Of a stretch of 64,000 bases of DNA, positions 48,823-59,404 are shown one piece after another (within the stretch, counting starts at the first letter, position 1; each line of letters starts with the position of its first letter). The notes under the pieces were generated by a model, which worked only from the letters and a program-made list of their open reading frames with translations, was not told where the DNA came from and did not search any database. The position numbers were made by a program, and so were the translations under genes. Source of the stretch: Candidatus Woesearchaeota archaeon (GTDB lineage: Archaea; Nanobdellota; Nanobdellia; Woesearchaeales; GCA-2686295); NCBI GenBank assembly GCA_013202845.1, contig JABMPT010000008.1:5415-69414 (forward strand), read 5' to 3'.

Positions 48823-50628
48823 TTACAACCCCAAATTTTTTACAACTATTTTTTTCTCGAACTTAGTTAAATCATCATATGTCTGGCCTGTTCCCAAGTA
48901 TATGATTGGTTTCTTTGTGATGTATGAAACAGAGATTGCTGCTCCTCCTTTCTCATCGACGTCTGCCTTTGCAAGAATTATAGCGTCGATACCAACTTCA
49001 GCATCATACACTCTTGCTTGCTCCACACAATCGTTGCCTGTTATGCTTTCCCCAACAAAGATTTTCATATCAGGATTATTAACTCTCACTATTTTTTTGA
49101 GTTCTTCCATCAAGTTTGCGTTGCTATGAAGCCTTCCGGCAGTATCTATCATTACAACATCTATTCCTTTGGCTTTTGCATGCTCTACAGCGTCGAACGC
49201 AACTGCCGCAGGGTCTGCATTGTAATCATGCTTTATCATCTTCACACCTAATTTGTTAGCGTGCTCTTCCAACTGCTGGATAGCTGCTGCTCTAAAGGTA
49301 TCTGAAGCAGCGAAAACAACGCTTAACTTGTTTTTTATCATCATGTGAGCAACTTTTGCCATCGTGGTTGTTTTTCCAGAACCATTGACACCTATGAATG
49401 CTATAATATATGGTTTTTTCTTCTTGACTCTTTTTACCAAATCAAATGTTTGAACATCCAGAACTTCCTCAATTGATTTCTTAAGAGTGCCTGTTATGAC
49501 TTCTTCAACCCCTTTCCTTGAAATCTTTCCTGTTGTAAGCTCTTCTTTCAAATCACCTTTTATCTTTTCGATGACCTCAACAGCAACATTATTTTCCAGC
49601 AATGTAACTTCCAGTTGCCAGAACAACTCTTCAAACTTCTCTTCAGAAAGATTAAACTTTGTAACTCTCTCAGTTATTTTCTTGAAAAAACCTTTTTCTT
49701 CTTTTTCTTCCTTTGGTTCAGGTTCCGGCTCTGGTTCTTCTTCAACAATCTCTTCTTCAGGCTCTTCCTTGACTACTTCCTCAACCTTTTCTTCTTCAGG
49801 CTCTTCTTTCTTTTTGAATATCTTTTTAAAGAATGATTCTTTTTTTATTTCAGGAACTTCCACTTCTTCTTCTATATCATAGTTCCAACCTGGTTGCCAA
49901 GCTTTTTTTGGTCTCCAATCATCTTTGAAAGCTTGTTCCCAAGTTTTTCCAAGTAATACCTCAATTGCTAATTGTGGAATGTGATGACACATCAGTGCAA
50001 CATGTTTTCCTTCGTAATTTTCATACAAATAATTCAAGAATTCTGCAACTCTTTTTTCAACATCTTTTAGGCTTTCACCTTTTGGCATTGGTTCTTCTAA
50101 GTAATTTAGAATATCTTTCTTAAATTCGCTAGATTTCTTTAACGTGAATTCTCCATAATCCATTTCTCGAAGTCTTTTATCTTTCTTCAATGGACATATA
50201 TTTTTGAATGAGTTTGCAGAATCAACAGCTCTTTTCAGATCAGAGCTAAACATTACATCGAACTTTTTATCTTTAATTTTCTCAGGCAATTCTTTGGCTT
50301 GTGTTATTCCAAGTTCAGAAAGTTCACCAGGTTTTTGGCCTGTTGCTAATCCTTCTTCATTATCAGTTGTGGTTCCGTGAACAAAATAAGTTATTTTGAC
50401 GCCTTCAATCTTTTCCTTCTTAACTTCAGGCTTTTTCTCTTTTACTTCTTTTTTCTCTACTTTCTTTTTCTCAACCTTTTTTTCTTTTACTTCCTTCTTA
50501 ACTTCTTTCTTTGGTTTCTTCTCTACTTTCTTCTTTACCTCAACCTCTTCTGTAGTCACTACTTCCTCTACCTTTTTCTTTATAGTATCTACAGCTTCCT
50601 TAAGCTTGTCTTTTAGGAATTTAAACAT
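48823..50628 (-). CDS. ftsY: signal recognition particle receptor FtsY with N-terminal Lys/Glu-rich region and an inserted histidine-phosphatase (PGAM-like) domain
   Basis: C-terminal NG domain (GVNGSGKTTT, DTAGR). Residues about 65-250 (YFVHGTTTDNE...G..PG.LSELG) resemble the histidine phosphatase superfamily. Confidence 0.8.
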   Translation of the reverse strand: MFKFLKDKLKEAVDTIKKKVEEVVTTEEVEVKKKVEKKPKKEVKKEVKEKKVEKKKVEKKEVKEKKPEVKKEKIEGVKITYFVHGTTTDNEEGLATGQKPGELSELGITQAKELPEKIKDKKFDVMFSSDLKRAVDSANSFKNICPLKKDKRLREMDYGEFTLKKSSEFKKDILNYLEEPMPKGESLKDVEKRVAEFLNYLYENYEGKHVALMCHHIPQLAIEVLLGKTWEQAFKDDWRPKKAWQPGWNYDIEEEVEVPEIKKESFFKKIFKKKEEPEEEKVEEVVKEEPEEEIVEEEPEPEPEPKEEKEEKGFFKKITERVTKFNLSEEKFEELFWQLEVTLLENNVAVEVIEKIKGDLKEELTTGKISRKGVEEVITGTLKKSIEEVLDVQTFDLVKRVKKKKPYIIAFIGVNGSGKTTTMAKVAHMMIKNKLSVVFAASDTFRAAAIQQLEEHANKLGVKMIKHDYNADPAAVAFDAVEHAKAKGIDVVMIDTAGRLHSNANLMEELKKIVRVNNPDMKIFVGESITGNDCVEQARVYDAEVGIDAIILAKADVDEKGGAAISVSYITKKPIIYLGTGQTYDDLTKFEKKIVVKNLGL

Positions 50629-50661
50629 GGTAAAAATAGAACAATAAAGTGTTTATAAAAG

Positions 50662-51063
50662 TTATGACTTCTCCTGTTGTGTTTGCATCATCTCTTGCTG
50701 TAATGCTTGCAACTTCATATACATCTGTTCGTAGTACTGCATTGTCTCTTCTTTGTATTTCTCCAGGTCTTTTATCTGCTCTTCCATCATCTTCTTTGCA
50801 TCTTCAGGGCTTTTGTCAACAATTACATTGCTTCCTACATTAACTTTCAATTTATCAGAATTGTCAAGTGTTGCTTCAGCAAATATGCCATTAGCAACAG
50901 GTACTTGTATTGTGTCACCTTTCTTTAATTTCTTGAACTCATCAAGAGTGTTCATTATTGCTTTGATATCTGCGATGTTCTGGTCTATGTTCTGTATGTT
51001 TGTATTTAACTGCTGGAACTGTTGCTCCAATAACTGGTATTCCATTATCTTTTCCTGGTTCAT
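50662..51063 (-). CDS. pfdB: prefoldin beta subunit
   Basis: Coiled coil - beta hairpin - coiled coil arrangement of about 130 aa; 4-nt overlap with prs. Confidence 0.65.
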   Translation of the reverse strand: MNQEKIMEYQLLEQQFQQLNTNIQNIDQNIADIKAIMNTLDEFKKLKKGDTIQVPVANGIFAEATLDNSDKLKVNVGSNVIVDKSPEDAKKMMEEQIKDLEKYKEETMQYYEQMYMKLQALQQEMMQTQQEKS

Positions 51064-52001
51064 TTTTTCCTCTTTTCATCTCTTAATATTTGTCTGTCCA
51101 ATGTGCTTATGGATCTGCTCTCGTGGATGTTTCTGATGGCCATTGCCAAAACATACCCTACATCTAGTACTTTTATCTTATCACTGTTCTTTGTAGGAAC
51201 AGTGTTTGTGACTATGACTTGTTTTGCTTTTGAGGCTTTAATCTTTTTGAGTGCATCGCCTGAAAACAATGAATGAGTTGCGCATAGATAGACATCTTTT
51301 GCACCTTCTTTCTTTACATAGTTGGCTGCTTCACAAATTGTTCCGCCGGTATCTATTATATCATCGTATATTATGACATTTTTTCCTTTCACATCTCCAA
51401 CTAAAGTCATCTCTCCAACCTTGTTGTGGTCTTCTCTTCTCTTGTGAATCATCGCTATAGTAGCATTAAGCCTTTTGGTTAGATGCAGAGCTCTTTTTAC
51501 GCCTCCTGCATCAGGTGAGAGTATTACAAGATTTTTCAGGTTCTTTTTCTTGAAATATCTCACGAATATTGGGAATGCCCATGTATCATCCAATGGTATA
51601 TCAAAGAATCCCTGTATCTGAGGTGAATGCAAGTCAATCGTTAAAACCCTATCAGCGCCTGCAGTTGTTATCAAATTAGCAACGAGTTTTGCAGTTATCG
51701 GTTCTCTAGCTTCTGCTTTTCTGTCCTGCCTTCCATAACCATAGTATGGTATTACAGCAGTAATCCTTTTTGCAGAGGCTCTTTTCGCAGCGTCTATCAA
51801 GATCAATAATTCCATCAGGTTGTCATTGGAATTCGTGGATTGGACAATGAATACATCCTCTCCTCTGATATCTTCCTTAATCCTTACATATATTTCCCCG
51901 TCTGCAAACTGTTTTACCAACACATTGGTATCTTTAACCTTCAGAAATTTGATTATCTCCTTAGAGAGATTCGGGTTTGATGTTCCGCATATTACCTTCA
52001 T
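51060..52001 (-). CDS. prs: ribose-phosphate pyrophosphokinase (PRPP synthetase)
   Basis: PRPP-binding DDIIDTGGT and the remaining motifs. Confidence 0.85.
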   Translation of the reverse strand: MKVICGTSNPNLSKEIIKFLKVKDTNVLVKQFADGEIYVRIKEDIRGEDVFIVQSTNSNDNLMELLILIDAAKRASAKRITAVIPYYGYGRQDRKAEAREPITAKLVANLITTAGADRVLTIDLHSPQIQGFFDIPLDDTWAFPIFVRYFKKKNLKNLVILSPDAGGVKRALHLTKRLNATIAMIHKRREDHNKVGEMTLVGDVKGKNVIIYDDIIDTGGTICEAANYVKKEGAKDVYLCATHSLFSGDALKKIKASKAKQVIVTNTVPTKNSDKIKVLDVGYVLAMAIRNIHESRSISTLDRQILRDEKRKK

Positions 52002-52002
52002 T

Positions 52003-52674
52003 TTAACCGTCGATAAATCCTAATCCTTCTTCAGCATTCATCACTTCGGCAGGACCTGATATCTCGCCAATCACCAAGCCGTTCTTATTGCATATGATGC
52101 CTGACTTGAGGTATGGCACCCCCATGTTGATAGTGCTTGGAATGGTCTTAACTTTTAAAATCTTTTCAATGGTCTTTGTCTCTGTGGTTGTAGCATCTCT
52201 GTGGATAAGCGCTTTTCCTTTGTTCATGGCAATGCATGCTCCTGGAGTCTCTGTATCTGCAATACTTATCTTTTTTACAGGCACTTTGAAAATATCTTTC
52301 AATCTCTTTATTTCATTATCTGAGAAATCTGAATTGACAAGCATTCCATTTTTGTTCAGTGCAATATTATTTCCTAGGCATGTTAAGTCTGTCTGAAAAA
52401 CCTCATATTTTATCTTTAGCTTGGTAAGCTCTTTTAACTCGCTTTCAAAAGTGATGCTCGGAACTAGTATTAAATCTTCATTTCCTACTATGAATACTCC
52501 TATAAATGAAGTTCCAGCTATATTGATCTTATGAACAGGCACTTCAAATATCCTTTTTAGTTCTTTAACTGTGTTACTCGCTACTTCTCTTCCAACAAGG
52601 ACGTATTTGTCTGTTGCAAAAGCATATAATCCTATGTTTGGATTCTTGTTGAAGGTCATTAGGCTTGTCGTCAT
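52003..52674 (-). CDS. eif6: translation initiation factor 6 (aIF6)
   Basis: Pentameric repeat pattern (..N....G.......V...); the length matches. Confidence 0.8.
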   Translation of the reverse strand: MTTSLMTFNKNPNIGLYAFATDKYVLVGREVASNTVKELKRIFEVPVHKINIAGTSFIGVFIVGNEDLILVPSITFESELKELTKLKIKYEVFQTDLTCLGNNIALNKNGMLVNSDFSDNEIKRLKDIFKVPVKKISIADTETPGACIAMNKGKALIHRDATTTETKTIEKILKVKTIPSTINMGVPYLKSGIICNKNGLVIGEISGPAEVMNAEEGLGFIDG

Positions 52675-52752
52675 GTTCTCGAAGAATAATAGTTGTTTTA
52701 AAAAGCTATTGAATTGAAAAATTTTTTATATCAGTAGTATTAAAATAATTAG

Positions 52753-53394
52753 ATGATTGCAGAGGTGAGTGGTTTTATTTGGAAACAGCTGTTGCCGGAT
52801 TTATTTGGCAAGTTCTTTGAAATCCTCGGCGCTCCTTTCACTCATCCTGAAATGTTCTGGATTCTCACACCTCTTTTAATCGTTTGGATACTTGTTGAGC
52901 TGTATTTTGCCCGCTATGTGCGCGAGCAGCTGGAGTATGTTAGCGCTTTAGACAATTCCCTGTTCTTGTTGTTTGTAGGTGTTGATCTTGTCAGGAGACT
53001 TGTTCATAAAGAATTATTGTTCTCAGACTTCCTAAGAAGCTCTATAGCTGCTGTTTTAGTGCTTTTAGGACTTGTTTTGGCATATTTGGACTTCTTCCAT
53101 GTCATTAAGAAGAAACTCATGTCAAGGGTTAATTCAAAGTTTGTGATAAGCTTCATTTCTTATGTGGGCATAATACTTGTGTATTCTGATATAGTAGCTG
53201 AGAAGAATTTCTATAACTATGCAATTGCTTTTGTTGCTGTCCTATTGTTTTACTTAGTACTTAAATTCATAGTCAATTCTATCAAGTTATTCGAGCCTAA
53301 GAAAGTTGACGATGTAGAAGATGTTCTCCAGAGTGTGGAAGAAGATTTACAGCAAGCAGTTCATAAGATGAAGGAAAAAGAGAAAAAGAAATAA
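52753..53394 (+). CDS. membrane protein
   Basis: Four or five hydrophobic helices. Confidence 0.4.
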   Translation: MIAEVSGFIWKQLLPDLFGKFFEILGAPFTHPEMFWILTPLLIVWILVELYFARYVREQLEYVSALDNSLFLLFVGVDLVRRLVHKELLFSDFLRSSIAAVLVLLGLVLAYLDFFHVIKKKLMSRVNSKFVISFISYVGIILVYSDIVAEKNFYNYAIAFVAVLLFYLVLKFIVNSIKLFEPKKVDDVEDVLQSVEEDLQQAVHKMKEKEKKK

Positions 53395-54132
53395 TCACTT
53401 TATTTTTTTCTTGTTGAGATGTATTGAAATCTCTCCAAAGTGCTCTTTCTGCATCAAATCAATCTTTCTCTGAAAATCCAAGTGTAGAAGCGGTATGAAT
53501 GTGAATACCTTGTCTTCTTTTGAGTCAGAAGGTATCAGCTCTTCGAAAGTTAGTTTCATAGTTGACTTCGTGAAGTAAGAGACTATCTTGTCGTATACGT
53601 CTTTTATTATTGTAGATATCTCTTTTGTTTTCTTTGGCGGCTCAATTTTTTCACTTGAGTCGACATATACTTTTCTTCTGCTATTGACTTCCAAGGCCTT
53701 TTCTAAAGCCTCTACAAGATCGAATACAGATACTTTCCTCTTTCTTGGCTGTGGTATTTTTGGATGAATCTTTGGCAATTCTTGTCCATCAACCTGCACC
53801 CCTCCTTCACCTAATTCCTCAAGCAGATCCATTGCATCTTCTTCTGATGATAATAAACTGTCGAACTCTGTCAAGTCCTTGTCTAGCAACCTTGTTGATT
53901 TCATCTTTAGCAACATTGCAGATGCTAGAACTACTTTTCCAGAAATCCTGAAATCCATGTCTTTCAGATCTTTTAGTTTTCCCAAGAACTTTTGTGCTAT
54001 CATAGAAATATCTATGTTCCAAGGATTCATCTCTTCTTCTTTTACAAGATCATAGATTATGTTCTGCCAGGTAAGTTCATCTTCCTGAAATAGAATATTA
54101 AATATTCTCTCGTGTGGTTGCTCTTGCGTCAC
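53395..54132 (-). CDS. scpA: segregation and condensation protein A (ScpA kleisin)-like
   Basis: N-terminal F.GPLDLLL-like region and winged-helix C-terminus. Confidence 0.55.
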   Translation of the reverse strand: MTQEQPHERIFNILFQEDELTWQNIIYDLVKEEEMNPWNIDISMIAQKFLGKLKDLKDMDFRISGKVVLASAMLLKMKSTRLLDKDLTEFDSLLSSEEDAMDLLEELGEGGVQVDGQELPKIHPKIPQPRKRKVSVFDLVEALEKALEVNSRRKVYVDSSEKIEPPKKTKEISTIIKDVYDKIVSYFTKSTMKLTFEELIPSDSKEDKVFTFIPLLHLDFQRKIDLMQKEHFGEISIHLNKKKIK

Positions 54133-54282
54133 TTGTTATCACTACTGAATAAATTTAGGGGTTAATAGTATATAAATGTTTTGAAATAAAAATATTTATG
54201 CTCAAAAATTTTTAATTTTTGTTTGTATAAATTTTATGATTATTATGTAAGTTTTATATAGTAGTTTTAATTACAGATTATA

Positions 54283-54831
54283 ATGTATGACTTGTTATTG
54301 GCTGCAATGCTTTCTTTGAACCCTGAGACAGATATTAATGCTTATCAAGTAAAGCCTGTGGATGTAAATATTCAATACTGGTCAATTGATCTTTTGGTCA
54401 ATCATCTTGAAGGACTTTTAGATGATTCAAACATAAACACAGTTATGGCTGAAACTTGGGATGGTTCGATTGGAAGAGTTGCGCTTTTTTACTTTCATCA
54501 ACCCTCCTTTTTAGATCCTAAAGAGGGTTTTATTCCAGAAGGGACTTATATCCAGACTACTTTGTCTATCCCTGAGTCTTCTGGATTAAGTAGTTTATAT
54601 CCTAAAGCCACTCATGTGACAATACTTGACGGTGGACCTGAAGGTCCAAATAGTAAAGCAAACGCTGCGTACGTAACTAACGCAACTGTTGAGGATGATG
54701 TTTTACACCTGAATGATATGACTTTCGTCCCTTATGGAAAAGATCAGGAGATAACTTCTTTGATTGATGAGTTATACCCTGCAGTGTTGCAAAAATTCCA
54801 ACCAGAAGAGTTTCAACAATCTATATATTAG
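54283..54831 (+). CDS. hypothetical protein
   Basis: 182-aa ORF. Confidence 0.35.
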   Translation: MYDLLLAAMLSLNPETDINAYQVKPVDVNIQYWSIDLLVNHLEGLLDDSNINTVMAETWDGSIGRVALFYFHQPSFLDPKEGFIPEGTYIQTTLSIPESSGLSSLYPKATHVTILDGGPEGPNSKANAAYVTNATVEDDVLHLNDMTFVPYGKDQEITSLIDELYPAVLQKFQPEEFQQSIY

Positions 54832-54833
54832 AA

Positions 54834-56090
54834 TTATTTGAGCTTCTTAATAGCTTCTTTTACAGAAATAAGTCTCTCTTTTCCTGACTTCATATCTCTT
54901 AGTTTGACTTTTTTCTTTGCCAGCTCTTTCTGGCCAACGAAAAGAATGTATGGTATTCCCTGGCTGTTTGCAAAGTCCAGGTTTTTGCTGATTCCTTTGC
55001 CTACAATGTCTAAATCAGTCTTTATGCCTGCTTTTCTAAGCTCTTGAGCTATTTTCAGGCTTTCATTAGGGGTTTTGATAGGTATTACATAAACCTTGGT
55101 AACTGACTTCTTTTTTGCAGAAGATTTCATAACATCTGTTATCAGTTCTAAACCGAATGATATGCCTGTTGCAGGGTATTTTCCTTTACCCAAGAATTCA
55201 CCTATCATATTATCGTATCTTCCGCCAGCTGTGATAGCTGAACCTATTCCTTTTGTGAAAACCTCGTAAACAGGTCCTGTGTAATAAGCTAATCCTCTGG
55301 CCAGAGAAGGGTCGAACTCAACGTTCTTAACGTATTTTAGTAATTCTTCAATTTCTTCTAAACCTTCTTTACCTATTCCTTTTTTCAAGAATAGTTTCAG
55401 ATTGCTGATTGTTTTTTTGTTGGTTTTCTTTTTTTGAATCATGCCAAATATCTTTGCGATTGAGTCATTAGATATTCCTTTTTGTTTCAATTCCTTCATG
55501 ACTTCGTTCTTTCCCTGTTTTTCGAGTTTGTCCATTGAGAGAATGGCATTATTCCATTTGCTCTTACTAACGCCTGCAGACTCCATTATTCCGTCGAGAA
55601 TCTTTCGGTTATTTATCTTGATAACAACTTTCAAACCAAGTTTTTTGAAAACATCAGAAGTGATTAATAGTAATTCTGCGTCTGCCATCATGTTTTTAGA
55701 ACCTACAACATCAACATCGCATTGCCAGAACTCTCTGTAACGTCCTAGTTTGATAGGCCCGTCCCTGTAAACCCTTCCAATCTGGTAGCGTTTGAAAGGC
55801 ATCTTCATGTTGGGGTTCATGCCAACAAATCTAGCGAAAGGAACTGTTAAATCATAGCGTAGACCAAGCTCTCTCTTACCCTGGTCTTTGAACTTGAATG
55901 TTTCTTTTAATATTTCATCCCCTCCAGCGTATTTTGACGATAGAAGATCATATCTCTCGATAACTGGAGTTTCCAAAGGGTTGAAACCGTACTCTTCGAA
56001 AGTCTCTCTTAGAGTGTCAACTATTTCTTGCCTGATTATTTTTTCTTCAGGTGGAAAATCCCTGACTCCTTTAGCATTCATTAGCTTCAT
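54834..56090 (-). CDS. hisS: histidyl-tRNA synthetase
   Basis: Class II motifs and HisRS signature (GGRYD); anticodon-binding C-terminus. Confidence 0.9.
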   Translation of the reverse strand: MKLMNAKGVRDFPPEEKIIRQEIVDTLRETFEEYGFNPLETPVIERYDLLSSKYAGGDEILKETFKFKDQGKRELGLRYDLTVPFARFVGMNPNMKMPFKRYQIGRVYRDGPIKLGRYREFWQCDVDVVGSKNMMADAELLLITSDVFKKLGLKVVIKINNRKILDGIMESAGVSKSKWNNAILSMDKLEKQGKNEVMKELKQKGISNDSIAKIFGMIQKKKTNKKTISNLKLFLKKGIGKEGLEEIEELLKYVKNVEFDPSLARGLAYYTGPVYEVFTKGIGSAITAGGRYDNMIGEFLGKGKYPATGISFGLELITDVMKSSAKKKSVTKVYVIPIKTPNESLKIAQELRKAGIKTDLDIVGKGISKNLDFANSQGIPYILFVGQKELAKKKVKLRDMKSGKERLISVKEAIKKLK

Positions 56091-56197
56091 AATTTCACCT
56101 CCATAAAATTATGAGCATCGAAATTTTTCAAATTTCTCAGTTTCATATTAGTTCACCTGAATTTTATTACTTAAATATTTGTCGAAATAGAAAAGAG

Positions 56198-56271
56198 GGC
56201 GGTACCTGGGATTTGAACCCAGACCAAGAGAGCCACAGTCTCGTATGCTACCAGATTACACCAATACCGCC
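56198..56271 (-). tRNA. tRNA-His (anticodon GUG) with genomically encoded G-1
   Basis: Reverse complement G|GCGGTAT...CTGTGGC (anticodon loop: U33, GTG)...GGTTCAAATCCCAG GTACCGC C73. G-1 can pair with C73. No encoded CCA. Confidence 0.85.
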
Positions 56272-56522
56272 ATGGTTTATTGAAGTATGAATAAGTTGTT
56301 TTTAATGTTTTCGCATCGAAAAGAGAGTTTAAACTAGAAAAAGGTTGACTAACAATGAATACAATCAGCTCTTTTCATTTTGTATCAAGTTTTGATATAT
56401 TATTTATAAATTTTATTATTCTTTTAGTTAAATTTATAAAACAACACTTTTTCCAGCAGAGTAGCATAGATGTGGGCTTGACTCGCCTGAATATGCGTAG
56501 TAAATAACAATGGAGGTCCAAA

Positions 56523-57095
56523 ATGGGATTATACAAACATATTCGAGAGGCTTGGAAAAGACCCAAGCAGACCCTAAAAGAGATAAATAGGGCAAGACTT
56601 ATTTCTTGGAGACGAGAAGACTCCACAGTAAGAATTAAAAGACCTACAAGACTTGATAGAGCAAGATCTTTAGGTTATAGAGCAAAACAAGGTATTCTAG
56701 TCGTTAGACAGCGTGTCAAGAGAGGCGGTAGACAGAGAGAACAGTTCAAAGGCGGCAGAAGGCCTAAGCATATGCGAAGAAAGAAGATCGTTGCCAAGAA
56801 CTATCAGCAAGTAGCTGAAGAAAGAGCTAACAAGAAATTCGTGAACTGCGAAGTGTTGAACAGTTATAAGGTTGGTGAAGATGGTATGTATTACTGGTTT
56901 GAAATCATTCTTGTCGACAGGGATCATCCTCAAATATTAAAGGATAAACAGCTTGGCTGGATGATTTTAAAGAGAGGAAGAGCTCAGAGAGGTTTGACAA
57001 GCGCTGGTAGAAAAGGCCGTGGCCTAAGAGGCAACAAAGGTTTAGGTGCTGAGAAGTTAAGGCCGAGCTTGAGAGCAAAAGGCAGAAGGCATTAA
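56523..57095 (+). CDS. 50S ribosomal protein L15e
   Basis: [16 protein letters not shown]... is the canonical L15e N-terminus. Confidence 0.9.
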   Translation: MGLYKHIREAWKRPKQTLKEINRARLISWRREDSTVRIKRPTRLDRARSLGYRAKQGILVVRQRVKRGGRQREQFKGGRRPKHMRRKKIVAKNYQQVAEERANKKFVNCEVLNSYKVGEDGMYYWFEIILVDRDHPQILKDKQLGWMILKRGRAQRGLTSAGRKGRGLRGNKGLGAEKLRPSLRAKGRRH

Positions 57096-57134
57096 TAATT
57101 AATTTTTTATACTTCCTTTTTATACTTTTTTTCT

Positions 57135-58178
57135 ATGCCTTGGGTTAAAATGTTTTTTAGAAAGGATTATCTCTACATGTTATATTATCCTTTCACTGCT
57201 TATAGACTTTGGTGGAAAGAGTTTTTAGGCATAAACCTGAAACATGTTATGTTTTATTGGAATGGTGAGTATTATGAGTCTTGGCGTGACGATGTTGAAA
57301 TAGATAAGTTCTATAATTATTTGAAAAAACTCTGTGATGATGATAAAAACTTACTTGATTCCTGGATTGATCAGGTTGCAAAGAATAACACTATTCTCGA
57401 CGAGCAGATAAACACTGTTTTATCTCTTGATTTAGAGAGTTTTTCAGATCAGGAGTTGATTCATCTTTTGAAAAAAACTAATGATGTGGTTAAGAGTTAT
57501 TGGATTGTTTACACTCTTCCTTTGTTTGCTTCTGAAAAAGTCGAGTTTAGCTCTTCCCAAAAGGAAAAGTTTCTTCCCCTTAGAAAAAAGACTTTGTACG
57601 TTGACTTTCAAGTTAAGTTGTTGCCAAAGCTTTTCTCTGAAATCTCTAAAAGAACAGGTGTTGATGAAAATCTTTTGTATTTTGCTTTTCCTGATGAAGT
57701 TATTGATGCTTTTGAGAAAAAAATCTCTGTTGATGAACTGAGAAAAAGAAAAGAAAATTGGTTCTGGAAGAATGAAGATGGAAAACTAGAATTTTTATCA
57801 GGAAAGAAAGCTCAAAGGAAATACGATGAAATGTTTTCATCTAAACAGTTATCTGATAAAACTCTTAAAGGTGTTGGCGTAAGCAAAGGAAAAGCAAAGG
57901 GCAAAGCAAAAGTCATTGTGACTGAACAATCTTTTGAGAAACTTGGAGATAATGATATATTAGTAACTTTAATGGTGCGACCAACTTTCTACTCTAAAAT
58001 AAAAGCTTGCAGAGCAATAATCACAGAGGAAGGTGGGATTAACTCACACGCTGCGATATTAGCAAGAGAGCTAAATATTCCTTGCATTGTTCAAGTTGAA
58101 AACGCAACAAAGAACATTGTAAACGGTGAAAGTTTAGAAGTAGATGCAAATGAAGGTGTAGTTAGAAGAAGGCATTAA
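57135..58178 (+). CDS. PEP-utilising-enzyme mobile-domain protein
   Basis: C-terminal RAIITEEGGINSHAAILARELNIPCIV (phospho-His swivel domain). Confidence 0.55.
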   Translation: MPWVKMFFRKDYLYMLYYPFTAYRLWWKEFLGINLKHVMFYWNGEYYESWRDDVEIDKFYNYLKKLCDDDKNLLDSWIDQVAKNNTILDEQINTVLSLDLESFSDQELIHLLKKTNDVVKSYWIVYTLPLFASEKVEFSSSQKEKFLPLRKKTLYVDFQVKLLPKLFSEISKRTGVDENLLYFAFPDEVIDAFEKKISVDELRKRKENWFWKNEDGKLEFLSGKKAQRKYDEMFSSKQLSDKTLKGVGVSKGKAKGKAKVIVTEQSFEKLGDNDILVTLMVRPTFYSKIKACRAIITEEGGINSHAAILARELNIPCIVQVENATKNIVNGESLEVDANEGVVRRRH

Positions 58179-58555
58179 TTTTTTTTATAAAATTCTTTAT
58201 ATTCTTTAATCAAATCTTCTATTTTTTTCAATGGTTGACCAAAATAGTTTGCAGCATTTTTTATGGCTGTACTCTCAATTTCTTTTATGTTTAATCTGTT
58301 AACAAGAGGTGTAATAGTGGAGAGATATGCATATGATAACATTTCTTCGATAATTGCTGCTAATCCTGCTATTTGTTTTGGCTCGTTAATATCTATGAAT
58401 CTTTCATCAATGGTTTCTATCAGGTAATAAGTTTCTCTTATTCCGAAATGTTTTCGATGACCCCCAAACAACCAATACTTCAACGCATGATATTTTGCTT
58501 TTTTTCTAGCTTGTCTAAGTGATTCATAATTTGGTTCTTGAGAATTTTGGTTCAT
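58175..58555 (-). CDS. hypothetical protein
   Basis: 126-aa ORF. Confidence 0.3.
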   Translation of the reverse strand: MNQNSQEPNYESLRQARKKAKYHALKYWLFGGHRKHFGIRETYYLIETIDERFIDINEPKQIAGLAAIIEEMLSYAYLSTITPLVNRLNIKEIESTAIKNAANYFGQPLKKIEDLIKEYKEFYKKN

Positions 58556-59310
58556 TTTCTAGCCAAGTATGCTTTGTATAATTGTTCTGTTTCTAGATTT
58601 ACTGGTTCGATATTTCTAAAACCTGTTTCTTCTAGCATTCCAGTCAGGCTTTCTCCAGTTATATTGTATGAGTTATTCATAATCTGTCTTTCTTTATCAT
58701 GGCTTCTTAGTATTATTGTCCATTCGCTTCTTTCCTCTTCTGGAAAGCTTTTTCTCTCCCATTCCAGTTCACAGGTTTTTCCTTCCAAAGTCATTGTTCC
58801 AAATTCATAAAAGTGTTCTTCATCTCCTTTCTTGACGCAATCCTGTATTAGGAATCCTTCTGGTTGCAATAGCTTGTAGAAATTGTTCAGTGCGTTCATT
58901 ACTTGAGTGTATGATTCTCTCGCATCAAATCCTTCTTTTCTCCATGTGGCAGCGTAACCTAGAGAGTTTCCTCTGTTTATTATCAGTTTCGGTTGTTTGT
59001 TGTATTTTTCAAGGAGATATTCCCAATGAATTAGTTTAGATTCAGCTTCTAGACCTATTCTTTCTGCTTCTTGAGCAAATTGTTTAATCATATCTGAATC
59101 TCCATCTGAAAATATAACGTTATACCCTCTTTCTAGCAAATCTAATGATAGAAATCCTGTTCCTGCTGAAACGTCCCATATCAAGTCATTTTTTGTGATA
59201 TTGTTGGGTGTTAAGATTGAACTGATAAATTCTTCTGTGTACTTTTCTCGATTATACGCTAAGTTTACCGTTTCCCTCCAAAAATCATTTATATTGAACA
59301 TATTAATCAC
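58552..59310 (-). CDS. class I SAM-dependent methyltransferase
   Basis: DVSAGTGFLS...FSDGD. Confidence 0.6.
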   Translation of the reverse strand: MINMFNINDFWRETVNLAYNREKYTEEFISSILTPNNITKNDLIWDVSAGTGFLSLDLLERGYNVIFSDGDSDMIKQFAQEAERIGLEAESKLIHWEYLLEKYNKQPKLIINRGNSLGYAATWRKEGFDARESYTQVMNALNNFYKLLQPEGFLIQDCVKKGDEEHFYEFGTMTLEGKTCELEWERKSFPEEERSEWTIILRSHDKERQIMNNSYNITGESLTGMLEETGFRNIEPVNLETEQLYKAYLARK

Positions 59311-59404
59311 TCAACAGTGGTTTGTAGATGGATATATTAAATTTCTCATCATTTTTTTGTACAAAACACAAAATATTTAAATTAAAATACTCTTTCGTAC
59401 AAAT

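Noticed and set aside
49487-50647. Low-complexity ORFs in other frames of ftsY (49487-49882, 49615-49836, 50377-50616, 50396-50647)
   Set aside because: They are shadows of the K/E-rich repeat-coding region of ftsY (F/L/S-rich nonsense).
56375-56626. 83-aa minus-strand ORF upstream of L15e
   Set aside because: It overlaps the L15e promoter and start region, has no start or SD context, and has hydrophobic nonsense composition.
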